This document shows, one piece after another, positions 18,511 to 29,330 of a stretch of 64,000 nucleotides of DNA. Location: NCBI GenBank assembly GCA_009859145.1, contig VRVR01000002.1, positions 380,724 through 444,723 on the forward strand. Reading direction: 5' to 3'. The stretch comes from Andalucia godoyi And28 (taxonomy: Eukaryota; Protista; Jakobida). Below the pieces are notes generated by a model. The model saw nothing but the letters and a program-made list of their open reading frames with translations, searched no databases and had not been told where the DNA came from. The position numbers were made by a program, and so were the translations under genes. How positions within the stretch are numbered: position 1 is the first letter of the stretch; the number at the start of each line of letters is the position of its first letter.

Positions 18511-20429
18511 ATGGCATCTGCAAGGTCTCCGACGACAGTGTTCAGACATGCGACGAATCCAGGTATGCTTTGTGCTGCGTTTATATTGTGACTGTTATTG
18601 TTATTATTTTTTCCCCCCCTAATTACTGTGGGTGTAGGCTAAACACACGTTTTTTGTGTTTTTCAACGTCCCTTAATTGCTGACTGATTCTTATTATTTT
18701 GAATGAATTTCCGTTCGTGCTTCGATATGTTTTAGAAAAGGTGTTCATATCCAAGGAGCACGACCTCGTGGAAAACCGAGGACGAGATTCTCCGGGTCCA
18801 GGATACTATTCTCCAGATGAAGGGACGGACAAGAACACGGTGTTTACGTCGACGTTTCCAAAGGCCGAAGCTGTGTCTGCGTTTACTCGTGTCGAGCCGG
18901 CGTCGGATGAGCAGCTCATGTACTACAAGAATGCAAAGCTCCCGGATATGACTCGAGAGAAACACGCATTTCCAAAAGACCGGCGTTTCAACGATGCTGT
19001 GTTCATCAGTAAACTGCATTCTGACAATCCGGCATACCAAGGCCGAGAAAGCCCTGGGCCCGGAGTGTACGAGCCAAAGTATGCGGCAACGTCGTCGACG
19101 GTGAAAGGAGGCTCTTTTTCAAAGTCGTCTGGACAACTCGATCCAGTCCTCATCAACGCGTCACAAGTTCCGGGGCCAAAGTACGATCTGAAATCATCGC
19201 TGAAAACTGGGAAGGTCGAATGTCGTGCAGAGAATGATGAATATCTGGAACGAGCAAGGACCGCCCACGAGATCAAAAAGAGGAGGACGGCCACAAATCG
19301 GAAGTTCTTTGTCAGTCGCGCCGCAGTGATTGAGAAGGCTGTGGACGCCGAAACAGAGCGGCGCAATCGATACGTCGACATGAAACAGGTTCACAGGTAC
19401 ATTTCCAAAGGTCACTCTTCCGTGTACAGTGGCCTTGAAGGCCCCGGTCCTGGAGGGCTACTGCCAGCGCTTGCCGATCGGACTTCGTCTCCCTCCATTT
19501 CTTTTCCAATGTCAACGTCTGCTCAGGAGGCTCTTCGGCATATCAGCCCTGCGCATGCCCGTTCTCTCGCTGTCGGTCTACTTGAGACTCCCTCTCCACT
19601 TCACTACGATGTCAAAGACCCGGTCGCTTCGACGTCGGCGTCTTACACAATTCCCAAAGCAGGACGGTCGTCAGTCGGATTTGGGCATCCAACCTCTCCT
19701 GGACCAGCCGCCTATGCCGCGGCCGACATCCCGCTTGCGCAGAAACGCAGCGTGTCTGCGTTTTCGTTCGGTCACGAAACCAGAAGCGGCAGATCCGCGC
19801 TCTGCGAGAAGTTGTTTCACGAGAACCCGGCCGCTGTTCCGGACTGTCCCCCTCGGCGATACCTAGGACCCGGTTTCGAAGACAGTCTCCGCGGGACCCA
19901 GTCACCAGGCGCAAAGTATAACGTACCGGATTCCGTGGGCAAGGCACCCGCATTCACATTCTCGAAAACCGCACGAGTCTCTCCGTTTGTAGCGTCCGAT
20001 GCTGCTGGCGAAGCCACCAGCCCTACCAACAGCACCAAAGATGCTGCTTCCATTGCCTCCACGAAGTTTGATTTGCTTGAACTGAGTCCACGTGATTCTC
20101 CGTCTGCGGATACAAAACATAGCAAAGGATTTACAATTTCCGGACGGGACCCTTCGGAAGACAAGAGATTCATTTCCGCTTCGCACGCCGCAGTGGAAAT
20201 CAGGGGCCGAGAGTCTCCGGGGCCGGTGTACCTCCCGTCGCCCTCATCACAAGGACGCGTTTCCCCGCATTTCACGATTCCCAAGGCGCCCAGGTCAGAT
20301 CCTGCAAACCTTGAAGCCATGCGAGTGCCCGGCCCAATGTACTACCCGCATCCAGAAAAGCTGTCCACGTATCCGACAACTCCTGCCTACTCAATTATGA
20401 GTCGAAGATCTCCTCCAACATCTGGATGA
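18511..20429 (+). CDS. SHIPPO/ODF3-like axonemal PGPG-repeat protein; join(18511..18562,18736..20429), 581 aa
   Basis: Repeated (S/T)PGPGxY motifs (SPGPGYY, SPGPGVY, VPGPKY, SPGPAAY, SPGAKY, SPGPVY, VPGPMY). The intron CAG|GTATGC...CTGAC...TTTAG|AA restores the frame (MASARSPTTVFRHATNP-EKVFISK). Confidence 0.85.
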
Positions 20430-20669
20430 CAAGGATAGTTTCCCTCCAGTTTCAATTCACATGTTCCCCTTCCCCCCTCCCCCTCTTTCCTTCCCTTATC
20501 GAACCCCAGCGAACTCACAGAAAGGAACTTCGATTAGACAGCACCGTTCCTTGAGCTCATGTCGGTTGTTTCGCATTTTTCTTAAATTTCTTTTTAATTA
20601 CAAAAAACGCACTCTCGAAAACGACAGCAGACACTGTTTCTGGTTGCTGTTAAATGTGTCCATCCCATA

Positions 20670-22526
20670 TCATCGACGGTGAACAATGGCGGCCATGTCA
20701 GTACGAAACGACGGCACGCTTACGGAGCACACCAAAAGTATGCACGTAACAGGTGATACTTGCACCACAGTGCCCGATTCCGTGTCAAACCACTGCGCAG
20801 TCAAATCGGCACCCACATTGCCAAGCTCCGTAGCTTGCGAATCAACGGGAGCCTGTTCCATCCACCACGAGATTTCAGAAGAAGGGATAACATTCAGAGG
20901 AGCACCAGCATCTTGGGCTGACCAAGAATAGTTTGCATTTCGAACCCATATTGTCATCCACGTTACTTCCGATCGCACCGTGCGAATCCCTCCAATAATT
21001 GCGTCGGCTTCAGAGGGTGCCTTGTCAAACAAGACAGGAGTCCATTCGTACTCTGCCCAAGGAATGCGCTTCACAAACAAAGAAAAGGCAGCATACTTGT
21101 GATACAAGTTCAGTGGGTCCGTCGCCAAGTCCCACCACCATACGCCACCACCCCCAGCAGAAATCGAAGCAATAGAAGCCCACAGTCCATTGTGTAACAC
21201 AATACCCGTTGGGTCCTTGTGCACAGTGTCGCTCGCGCTGCCGATTCCAAATTCTTCCATGAAATGGGGCTTGCGGAATGTGTCCCACTTGATGTCATTC
21301 CAGGTAATGATTTCCTTTCCAAAGTCTCGATTGTTGTACATGTGCGTTGAGATGTAATCGACACAGGCACTTCCTTGAATGGAGGGCCATCCGACACTCA
21401 TTGAAAACGACGTCGTCAGCAGATGATGATAAGGATCGACAGACCGAACAAACGCAGCTCGTTCAGCATGCCACTCCGTGATTTCGAAAGCATGAAGCAA
21501 CGCACCTTCCGTGAGGTCAACCTCGTTGAAGAACTGCCATGAAAGCAAATTCACATGATGACCATATCTTGCAACGAGGTACCGCAGGCGATTCTCGTAT
21601 GTCAAAACAGTATCCGCGGTTTTCCAGAATTGAGATGGTTCCGACAGTGGGCCGCCATTTGCCGAATTGTACGGATTTACGGACCACATTGAGGCTGAAG
21701 CCGTAATCGCCCACGGATTGTAGCTTTCCATGGTCAACTCAACGACAAAACCAAGGGACAATGCAAGCTCAAATACGTAATCTAAACGCCAGGCATTTCC
21801 CAAATCGTAATGTTTCAGCCCGGTGTGCACCGTTTCGAGAGAAAAGACGTCAAATGGACCGGACCAGACACGAATGTAGTTTCCGCCCGCAGCCCCAAGC
21901 TTCTTCAGCCAATCATCGTAATCATAGGTACCCTTTCCTGAGGGCCATGCCATATTTTCGCCAATCAAGAACAGGGAATCACCGTTATCCAGCTGAAAAT
22001 GCTGATGAGTGGCCGACAGCTTGACGAACCCTCCCCATGGGCTGTCCGCTGTGCGCTCAGCAACCGCATCAAACGCGAGATTTTCACACAGCACGTTTCG
22101 CGTTCCGTTTTTTGGAAATGTCAGAAGCACGGACACCGAGAACGATCCAATCTCGGACGGAGTGTACATGATGCGAAAGAACGGATCTGAGGTCGGGTTC
22201 ACCACTTCGTAACCATTCACCAAGGATCGATTGAAAGACTGATAAAGAAACGCATCCACCACAACGCTGGATGATTTGGAGGGCGTGGACACAACAGCAT
22301 ACACTGCATTCTCAGAATAATCAAAGGGATTTTCCATTCCAGAAATGTCCATGTGCACATCAATAGTTTCCGGAGACCATTGAGGAACAGTTTTGAGAGA
22401 CAAGATGCAAGACGCAGCACCAGAAGAAACAGCAGAGCTGGCTTTCACCACATTTCCAAATCCATATATCAACAAGAACACTGAAAGCAGCACGAGACGC
22501 AGAGAATGCAGACACGCCATCTCCAT
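20670..22526 (-). CDS. Secreted clan GH-A glycoside hydrolase (DUF5060 N-terminus + GH5-like TIM barrel), 618 aa
   Basis: Signal-peptide-like N-terminus; ENPFDY...FRIMYTPSEIG (DUF5060-like); GENMAW, NYIRVW, WQFFNEVD (acid/base), STHMY, KPHFMEEFG (nucleophile). Confidence 0.82.
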   Translation of the reverse strand: MEMACLHSLRLVLLSVFLLIYGFGNVVKASSAVSSGAASCILSLKTVPQWSPETIDVHMDISGMENPFDYSENAVYAVVSTPSKSSSVVVDAFLYQSFNRSLVNGYEVVNPTSDPFFRIMYTPSEIGSFSVSVLLTFPKNGTRNVLCENLAFDAVAERTADSPWGGFVKLSATHQHFQLDNGDSLFLIGENMAWPSGKGTYDYDDWLKKLGAAGGNYIRVWSGPFDVFSLETVHTGLKHYDLGNAWRLDYVFELALSLGFVVELTMESYNPWAITASASMWSVNPYNSANGGPLSEPSQFWKTADTVLTYENRLRYLVARYGHHVNLLSWQFFNEVDLTEGALLHAFEITEWHAERAAFVRSVDPYHHLLTTSFSMSVGWPSIQGSACVDYISTHMYNNRDFGKEIITWNDIKWDTFRKPHFMEEFGIGSASDTVHKDPTGIVLHNGLWASIASISAGGGGVWWWDLATDPLNLYHKYAAFSLFVKRIPWAEYEWTPVLFDKAPSEADAIIGGIRTVRSEVTWMTIWVRNANYSWSAQDAGAPLNVIPSSEISWWMEQAPVDSQATELGNVGADLTAQWFDTESGTVVQVSPVTCILLVCSVSVPSFRTDMAAIVHRR

Positions 22527-22941
22527 AGCACGCGCAACGATGCAGCCGCTTCCAAGAGTAACAGCACCACCACCACCAACAATAAATCAGCCAAAAAAAG
22601 AATGAAAAGAATGAAAAAGTATGAACAAAACATACACACAAAAAAAAAAAAAAAAAACTCGAAACAGAATGCAGAAAGAACACATACGTATACGAACATA
22701 CGCACGATCGATTTTCCCGCCACCCCCTTGAGTCAAGTGATGCAGCAAAATAAATACTTATGCATGTGTACATATAGGGAAAAAACATCGTGTTTTGCAA
22801 AAAAAAATAATAATAATTGAAACACATATTAAACGAAAACAGAACAAAACAAGACGAAACCAAAAGAGGGCAAATAGGCAAGGTTGACGAGACGAAGAGG
22901 GGTACTCTGTGTGCGTGCATAGGTTTGATTGGGGTACGGCC

Positions 22942-24504
22942 ATGAGCAATGGAAGTCGGGTTCGACCTGGATTAGAGCTAATTGAGGAGCTTTGCTATCC
23001 AGAGACGGGGCTTGATGAGATTGATTCAAATGCGATATCGACAGAGCTGTTATCGCTGAAACGCCTTGATTTGCATTCGAATCTAATCCGAGTAGTGAAT
23101 CCAATCCACCACGCCATGCTTGAGTTCATCGACTTGTCATTCAACAAGATAACGCGTATATCGCAGGAACTCAGCTTGCCGCAGCTTCGCATTCTCAGGC
23201 TGCGTGGAAACGGTCTGTCGAACATTGAGTTCCTTGCCGGTTGCCCACTTTTGGAGGAATTGGATTTGTCAAACAATTCTCTTCGGTCGTATGATGCGTG
23301 CTCGGAGTGTCTGAACTTGAGGATATTGGACTTGTCCTCGAATTCAATTGCAAAGTTTGCAAACCTGACGGATTGCAAGCTGTTGCAGTCTGTGGACTTG
23401 TCGGGAAACCTTGTGCGTTCTCTGCACTCGGTGCCAAAAACTTTTCCAGTGAACTCCATCGAGTCGCTCAATGTCTCGAGAAATGACATCGACTCGTTTT
23501 TTGAGGTGAAGTACGTTGCTGCGTTGTCGGAACTGAGAGCATTCGACGTGGACGGGAATCCGTTCTTGCGCTCGGTGCAAGACCATCTTGACCTGGCACC
23601 ATTTCTCGCATTCCTGTGCCCGCATCTGGATATTTTCAATTCAACCAGACTTAGTGCGACACAGAGAGATGTTGCAAGGACGCTGTTTATGGATCATGGA
23701 ATTCTGTCCGACAAGCTGCTCAAGTTCTTGACTCCAGGACATGAAAAGAACCTCATTGCGTATTTGCGGAAAACATGCCCTCCTGTCCACCTGTTCACGA
23801 GACGTTCGCAGGCGCAGCTTTCAAGAGCATCACCAACAGCGTTTGTTGGGAACGGCGGAGCGGTTGCTTCAGGGTCTTCAACGGCCGCTTCTAGCGATTT
23901 TTCAAAATTCAAACGACTTGTGAACAACCAAGAGAAGCTGGGTGCTCGTAGAAGTCCAATCTTGCAAAAACAGGATCCTTTGCGTCGAGATTCAGTTTCT
24001 CCGACGATGCAGGACATTTATAGTACGGATGATATTTCTCCTGTGCGACCGTTTCCTCACGTGCCGCCACAATTAGCAGACGAAGCAGGTACGGAGACGA
24101 TCTCGCAAACAGCAATTTCCCGAATTCAGCATCTGGAACACACGGTCGCGTTGCAAGACGAGGCACTGCGGCTTCTGTGGGCGGAAGTTCAAGTTTTGCG
24201 CACACAGCCTTCACAAGGTTTCAGCAGCGTTTCAGCGGTTGAGCAAGACGAAGGTCTTCGAAAGACAGGTGTTTCCAGTCGGTATCTGCAGCCGAGCAGC
24301 CAGCAGGTCTCTGCCGCAGTCAACATTCAACGGGTGTGGAAAGGGTACTGGAGCCGGCAATTGTACGCATTGCTCCTGCAAGACTATGCCGTGGCGCGAT
24401 TCCGTTTGAACCAGGCTGCCAAGAAGATTCAGAGGTTTGTTCGCGCGTATCTGAAATACCGACGGGCTCGGAGACGTTTAACCGTGCAGCCGCTGCATTC
24501 GTGA
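22942..24504 (+). CDS. Leucine-rich-repeat + IQ protein (CEP97/LRRIQ-like, centriolar candidate), 520 aa
   Basis: SDS22-type LRRs (LKRLDLHSNLI, LEELDLSNNSL, LRILDLSSNSI), LRR cap (LRAFDVDGNPF), and IQ motifs AAVNIQRVWKGYWSR and AAKKIQRFVRAYLKYRR. Confidence 0.8.
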   Translation: MSNGSRVRPGLELIEELCYPETGLDEIDSNAISTELLSLKRLDLHSNLIRVVNPIHHAMLEFIDLSFNKITRISQELSLPQLRILRLRGNGLSNIEFLAGCPLLEELDLSNNSLRSYDACSECLNLRILDLSSNSIAKFANLTDCKLLQSVDLSGNLVRSLHSVPKTFPVNSIESLNVSRNDIDSFFEVKYVAALSELRAFDVDGNPFLRSVQDHLDLAPFLAFLCPHLDIFNSTRLSATQRDVARTLFMDHGILSDKLLKFLTPGHEKNLIAYLRKTCPPVHLFTRRSQAQLSRASPTAFVGNGGAVASGSSTAASSDFSKFKRLVNNQEKLGARRSPILQKQDPLRRDSVSPTMQDIYSTDDISPVRPFPHVPPQLADEAGTETISQTAISRIQHLEHTVALQDEALRLLWAEVQVLRTQPSQGFSSVSAVEQDEGLRKTGVSSRYLQPSSQQVSAAVNIQRVWKGYWSRQLYALLLQDYAVARFRLNQAAKKIQRFVRAYLKYRRARRRLTVQPLHS

Positions 24505-24775
24505 TTCCCTTGCTAAAATGCGTGTCGACGAAAATCGCAAAAGATATTGGTTCACTTGGCAAGAACAATCCGTTTGTGAATACGAACATTATTTTTTCCA
24601 CCCCACCCACCATTCCTGCAACTTTTCTTATGACGAGTGGTGGGTGCGTAAATATGAATAATAATTATAAATAAATTAATGAATAATAATTATATATATG
24701 TAAATGGCAAAAAAAAAAAAAAGTAATAAAAATGAATGCACAACACATTACAAAGGGAAGAACAGGAGCCACCTT

Positions 24776-26794
24776 TCATTTCTCCACCGCTTGAATGAAG
24801 TACTCGGAAAGCTGTTCGGGAGTCGCAGAAGACGGCGCTCCCGTCATCGGATCATTCCCGGCGGCGCTCTTTGGATACGCAATGACGTCCCGGATGGAGG
24901 AAGAGCCCACGAGCATGGCCATCAACCGATCAAACCCAAGAGCAAGGCCGCCGTGGGGCGGACACCCGTAGCGCAGAGCTTCCAAAAGATGCTGGAACAT
25001 GGTCGGTTTCACTCGTAAAATGTCTTCAAAGACGCGAGCTTGCAAGTGGTGATTGTGGATGCGAATGGACCCGCCTCCGAGTTCAACACCATTGCACACG
25101 ATATCATAGTGCAGTCCACGAATAGTAAGCAGCTTGTCGTACCACTCTTCCGTGCGGTTCTCATGAGGAACGTCCAGCAGCTCAAAAAGAAGAGGGACGT
25201 CTTCTGGATGGGGTGCCGTAAACGGATGATGGGATGCGGAGACCTGCTTTGTGGTGGGATGCACTTCAAACGCCGGAAAATCAACTACCCACAGGAACTC
25301 GTATTTCGGAACATGAGACTGCACGGCTCGCCGAACGGATTCATCGAGCAGCGGCAGCATGAGCCGGGCTCTGCCGGCCGATGTTTGTGCCAGCAGCCGA
25401 TTGGAATCTGCAACAAGAATAAGATACCTATGTTTTTCACCCTGCGAGGGAACAGGATCGGAGCCGGGAGTGGATCGACCAAAAATGATGTCGAACAACG
25501 GATTCTCACCAACGGGAACATTCACACCCACCTTGGCGAACTTTTCATCTCCATCTTCGTCAGTCGTTACAACCACAGTCTTTGCGCCTCCTCGCCGCGC
25601 TTCTTCTACAATCTCATCAATTCGTTTTCTAGAAAGTGGTGCATCCGTTTCAAACGCAAGTGCATATGCAAATTTTCCAAGCAACGGTCCTTCACAATAC
25701 TCACACAAATTGACCAGCACACGAGGAATCCGCAGATCCGGCTTGTCAATGCCGTACCACTCGAGTGCATCCACAAATTTCATCTTCTGCACTTTCACCG
25801 GAAACTCAAATGCAGCAATGTCTTCGAAAAGCGTTCGCAGAATATCCTCCGTGACATGCATAACATCACCCGGAATAGCATACGACAGTTCCATATCAAT
25901 TTGCGTGAACTCAGGCTGCCGATCTGCTCTCCCGGATTCATCTCGATAGCATCTTGCGATCTGAAAATACCTCTTGAAACCCGCTGCCATCAGCATCTGC
26001 TTGTGTTGCTGCGGACTCTGAATTAGCGCATAGAACTTGTTTGAGGACCGCGTGGGAACCAGAAACTCCCGCGCACCTTCCGGAGTGGACTTAAATAGCG
26101 TCGGTGTCTCAATCTCTACGAAACCATGCTTTGAGACGAGTAAATTGCGCACAGAAAGCGACGCCCGAGACCGAGCTCGCAGGTTGTACTGCAGCTCTGC
26201 CCGTCGCAAGTCAAGATATCTGTACTTCAGCCGCTGTTCTTCGGCTGCCGCAGACTGACTTGTTGAACTGGTCGAGGTTGGTGAAAAGGGTTGAATCGGC
26301 AAAGGATGCTCCGCATGATTCAGGACGGCTAGAGAAGTGACACGAATTTCCACGCTTCCCAGAGACCCGACGGTGCTCTTGCGGTCGTGCTCTGGTCTAA
26401 GCGAAAGCACCCCGTTGGCAGTAATTACAGATTCAGTGCGCAGACCCAAGTCCCTGAGATTTTCCATGACGGACTCATCAACGGTCAACTGCACCAAGCC
26501 TGATTCATCACGAAGAACAATGAAGGTCACTCCAGAAAGCCTGCGAATGGAATGGACCCAGCCATTCACTCGCACGACTTGCCCACACAATGTCTCAGAA
26601 AGTGAAGAAACCGAATGCGATGCCTGCAAAGCACTCGCTATCGGCACATACGATGGCAAAGTCGACGATGCGGCAGAAGACGACAACGAGGAAGAATATA
26701 GTCGAGAAAATGTGCAGACAGAACTTGGCTTTCGTGCGAGAACTCGAGGAATTATACGAAAGATCACTCTGCGTAAATCTTGAAATCGGTGCAT
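24776..26794 (-). CDS. DARS2: Mitochondrial (bacterial-type) aspartyl-tRNA synthetase, 672 aa
   Basis: RLKYRYLDLRR, EIETPTL, EGAREFLVP, SPQQHKQMLM, YFQIARCYRDE, PEFTQIDME, HHPFTAP, GGGSIRIH, PPHGGLALGFDRL; N-terminal targeting-like peptide. Confidence 0.96.
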   Translation of the reverse strand: MHRFQDLRRVIFRIIPRVLARKPSSVCTFSRLYSSSLSSSAASSTLPSYVPIASALQASHSVSSLSETLCGQVVRVNGWVHSIRRLSGVTFIVLRDESGLVQLTVDESVMENLRDLGLRTESVITANGVLSLRPEHDRKSTVGSLGSVEIRVTSLAVLNHAEHPLPIQPFSPTSTSSTSQSAAAEEQRLKYRYLDLRRAELQYNLRARSRASLSVRNLLVSKHGFVEIETPTLFKSTPEGAREFLVPTRSSNKFYALIQSPQQHKQMLMAAGFKRYFQIARCYRDESGRADRQPEFTQIDMELSYAIPGDVMHVTEDILRTLFEDIAAFEFPVKVQKMKFVDALEWYGIDKPDLRIPRVLVNLCEYCEGPLLGKFAYALAFETDAPLSRKRIDEIVEEARRGGAKTVVVTTDEDGDEKFAKVGVNVPVGENPLFDIIFGRSTPGSDPVPSQGEKHRYLILVADSNRLLAQTSAGRARLMLPLLDESVRRAVQSHVPKYEFLWVVDFPAFEVHPTTKQVSASHHPFTAPHPEDVPLLFELLDVPHENRTEEWYDKLLTIRGLHYDIVCNGVELGGGSIRIHNHHLQARVFEDILRVKPTMFQHLLEALRYGCPPHGGLALGFDRLMAMLVGSSSIRDVIAYPKSAAGNDPMTGAPSSATPEQLSEYFIQAVEK

Positions 26795-27289
26795 TCCTCT
26801 TCTATAGCTGAAGTCGCAAACGTAGAGTGTTTTACACACAAAGCAAAAAAGCTTTCAAAATGAAAGACATTCACGCAAATTAAAATATGAGTAAAAAAAA
26901 AAAAAAAAAAAAACGGGAAAATCGCGCTCGAAGTTGAAGGGCCACACTACGGCTGGAAAGTTGCCTTCGACCTGGAAGCTTTTCGAGAGTTTGGGTTTTT
27001 ATGTAGACGCGACTGATTCCAGATCCTCTCTTCGCTTTGTTTTTTAATAATGTTTTTCTGATTCATTCTTAGCCACCACAGACGCTATTCATAGGGGCAT
27101 CAAAAAAGACATTCAGAACCACTGCAGCCGCCTAAATTATCCGTCGAGAAGCGTGAAAAGGAGGAAATTAAAAAACAAAAACCACAAACAGAAAAAAGAG
27201 ACAGGAAAGTGATCGTTCGGTGCTTGGTTCAGCAAATAATAATTTAATTTTCTTTTCCTTTCTTTCTTTCTTTCTTCTTCTTCTTCTCG

Positions 27290-29062
27290 ATGTCCAGTAA
27301 TCCACTTCGTCGGCTATGGCAAAACATTGTGGAATCGCCGCCTTTTCGCGGCCCGGATTCTTCGGGGCCTTCTGGCCATAGTCCATCGTCTTCGTCTTCG
27401 TCGTTATCTCATTCTCAAGTATCCCGAGATGCAGAAATTGCAAAACAGACTTCTGTTTGGGAGTCGGAGCTGATTCCAAACTTTGACAAACTTCTCATTG
27501 CTTCTCGCGGCTGCAAAAGACTGAGGTTTGAAGCTCGGAAAGGCGTTCCTCCTCGTCTACGGAGCTCGGTATGGGCCAAGGCGATTGGGAATCCGCTTGG
27601 AATCAGCGATGAGCTGTATGCTGTCCTTGCGCATAGAGGGATGACGGTTCTTGGCAAGCTGTCTGCGATGAAAACACGACAGACGGAGCGCGCGGGTCAT
27701 GGTGTGAGCAATGCAGACGAAAGCGGCATCACCGCTGAAGAACCGAAGGAAAGCAGTGGAAATTTCGAGTGTTCGATTCCGGAGAGCGAGGAATCGGAGA
27801 ATGAAAAAATGGACGTGGCGAATGTGTCTGGTTCGTTGCACAACATTGAGCTTGATCTTGAGAGAACGTTCCCGGTATTGCAGTTTTTTCAGTGTGGTGA
27901 GCCTATGCATGACTCGCTGTTTCGCATTCTGGCGTCGTTCTGCATTCTGCGTCCAGACATGGGATACGTGCAAGGAATGTCGTATCTGGCTGCGACGCTG
28001 CTGCTCAATTTGGATGAGCAAGCAGCATTTACAGTGCTGTGTACGCTGTTGCATTCCGAGCATTCGCATCTGCGCCACTTGTTTGCCATGCACGAAGCAA
28101 TTTTCGATGCATATGACCAGGCGTTCTGCGTAATCATGAAATCATACCTGAGGCCGTTGTACGATTCCTTTGAGAGGCTGGGAATCTCTGTCCGTGTGTT
28201 TCTTGTCGACTGGCTCATGACGGTTTATACCAGGTCGTTTTCGATTGACTTTGCATGTCGCGTTTGGGATGCGTGGCTTGTGGAGCTGGGTTGCACGACG
28301 GAAGGTAACTTGGTCGGGGTTTCTGGAACTCCTCTGAATCGCACAAGAGTGAAGAGAAAAAGTATGGAGAAGCTGCGACATTCATTCAAGGTAATCAGCT
28401 CATCGTTTCGAAACAAACCGTCTTGTACAGAGGACGGCAGCGACGCGACGCACGCTGGTCGCTCTCCGACGGCGGCAACTGCAATGTCTGACTCACATTG
28501 CCGTTGCGATAGTTCCAGTGAATTTCAGGGCGATTTGCACGATGGCCACGTCGGTGTCCTTGATCAAGACTCATCAGACGGGTCAGACTCTGATGTGAGT
28601 GACTCGGAAGATCCTCACGGTGTTATCTCACAGGATCCGGCATCTTCTGCGGCATCTTCCACTGCATGTGCCGCAGAAGATTGTTCTGCGTGTGGGGCCA
28701 AACAGGCATTTTCCAATCTTCCAAAGGATCCGTCACATCATACCACGGGTTCGCATTACTCATCTGTCATGCGGATCGACGCTCCTCGGAAAATTCCTTT
28801 CATGTCTCTTGCGCCGTCCACCACGATTCTCATTCGAATCGCCATTTCCATCCTTTCCCAACACCCGCCAAATGTTGTTGGACCGGATGCAGGCCTGGAC
28901 GATCTCATGATCTGGGTGTCGAGTATCAAGGAGGGTTCCATTGACGAGGATCGCGTTTGGAGGGACATTGAAGACTACAAAGTCAGTCGTCGAGAGTGGA
29001 AGCGAGCGCTGGCAAAGCAAGGTGGTCTATTTCGCGTGGCTGCGAACCATGGTGTCGTGTGA
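27290..29062 (+). CDS. TBC-domain Rab GTPase-activating protein, 590 aa
   Basis: GVPPRLRSSVW, IELDLERTFP (R finger), YVQGMSY (Q finger), WLMTVYTRSF...RVWDAW. Confidence 0.92.
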   Translation: MSSNPLRRLWQNIVESPPFRGPDSSGPSGHSPSSSSSSLSHSQVSRDAEIAKQTSVWESELIPNFDKLLIASRGCKRLRFEARKGVPPRLRSSVWAKAIGNPLGISDELYAVLAHRGMTVLGKLSAMKTRQTERAGHGVSNADESGITAEEPKESSGNFECSIPESEESENEKMDVANVSGSLHNIELDLERTFPVLQFFQCGEPMHDSLFRILASFCILRPDMGYVQGMSYLAATLLLNLDEQAAFTVLCTLLHSEHSHLRHLFAMHEAIFDAYDQAFCVIMKSYLRPLYDSFERLGISVRVFLVDWLMTVYTRSFSIDFACRVWDAWLVELGCTTEGNLVGVSGTPLNRTRVKRKSMEKLRHSFKVISSSFRNKPSCTEDGSDATHAGRSPTAATAMSDSHCRCDSSSEFQGDLHDGHVGVLDQDSSDGSDSDVSDSEDPHGVISQDPASSAASSTACAAEDCSACGAKQAFSNLPKDPSHHTTGSHYSSVMRIDAPRKIPFMSLAPSTTILIRIAISILSQHPPNVVGPDAGLDDLMIWVSSIKEGSIDEDRVWRDIEDYKVSRREWKRALAKQGGLFRVAANHGVV

Positions 29063-29330
29063 AGAAGAAGACAAAAAGAGAGAAAGCTTTCTATGTTCTC
29101 TATTTTGTGCAGGAATCCAGATTTGCAACAGCCTCCCTGTCTTTTATTTACTTATTCATTTTTTTAATATTTATGTTATGTACATTTTCCCCACTCCAGG
29201 TTTCGCTGTTTCCATCCACCCACACATCCATTCATATGCATTGCGTTGTTGCCATTGGCGGCATATATATATGCAACAAGCCTTTGTCATTTGCTAGACA
29301 GTGAGGACTCTACCATTGTGTTTTCCGTGG

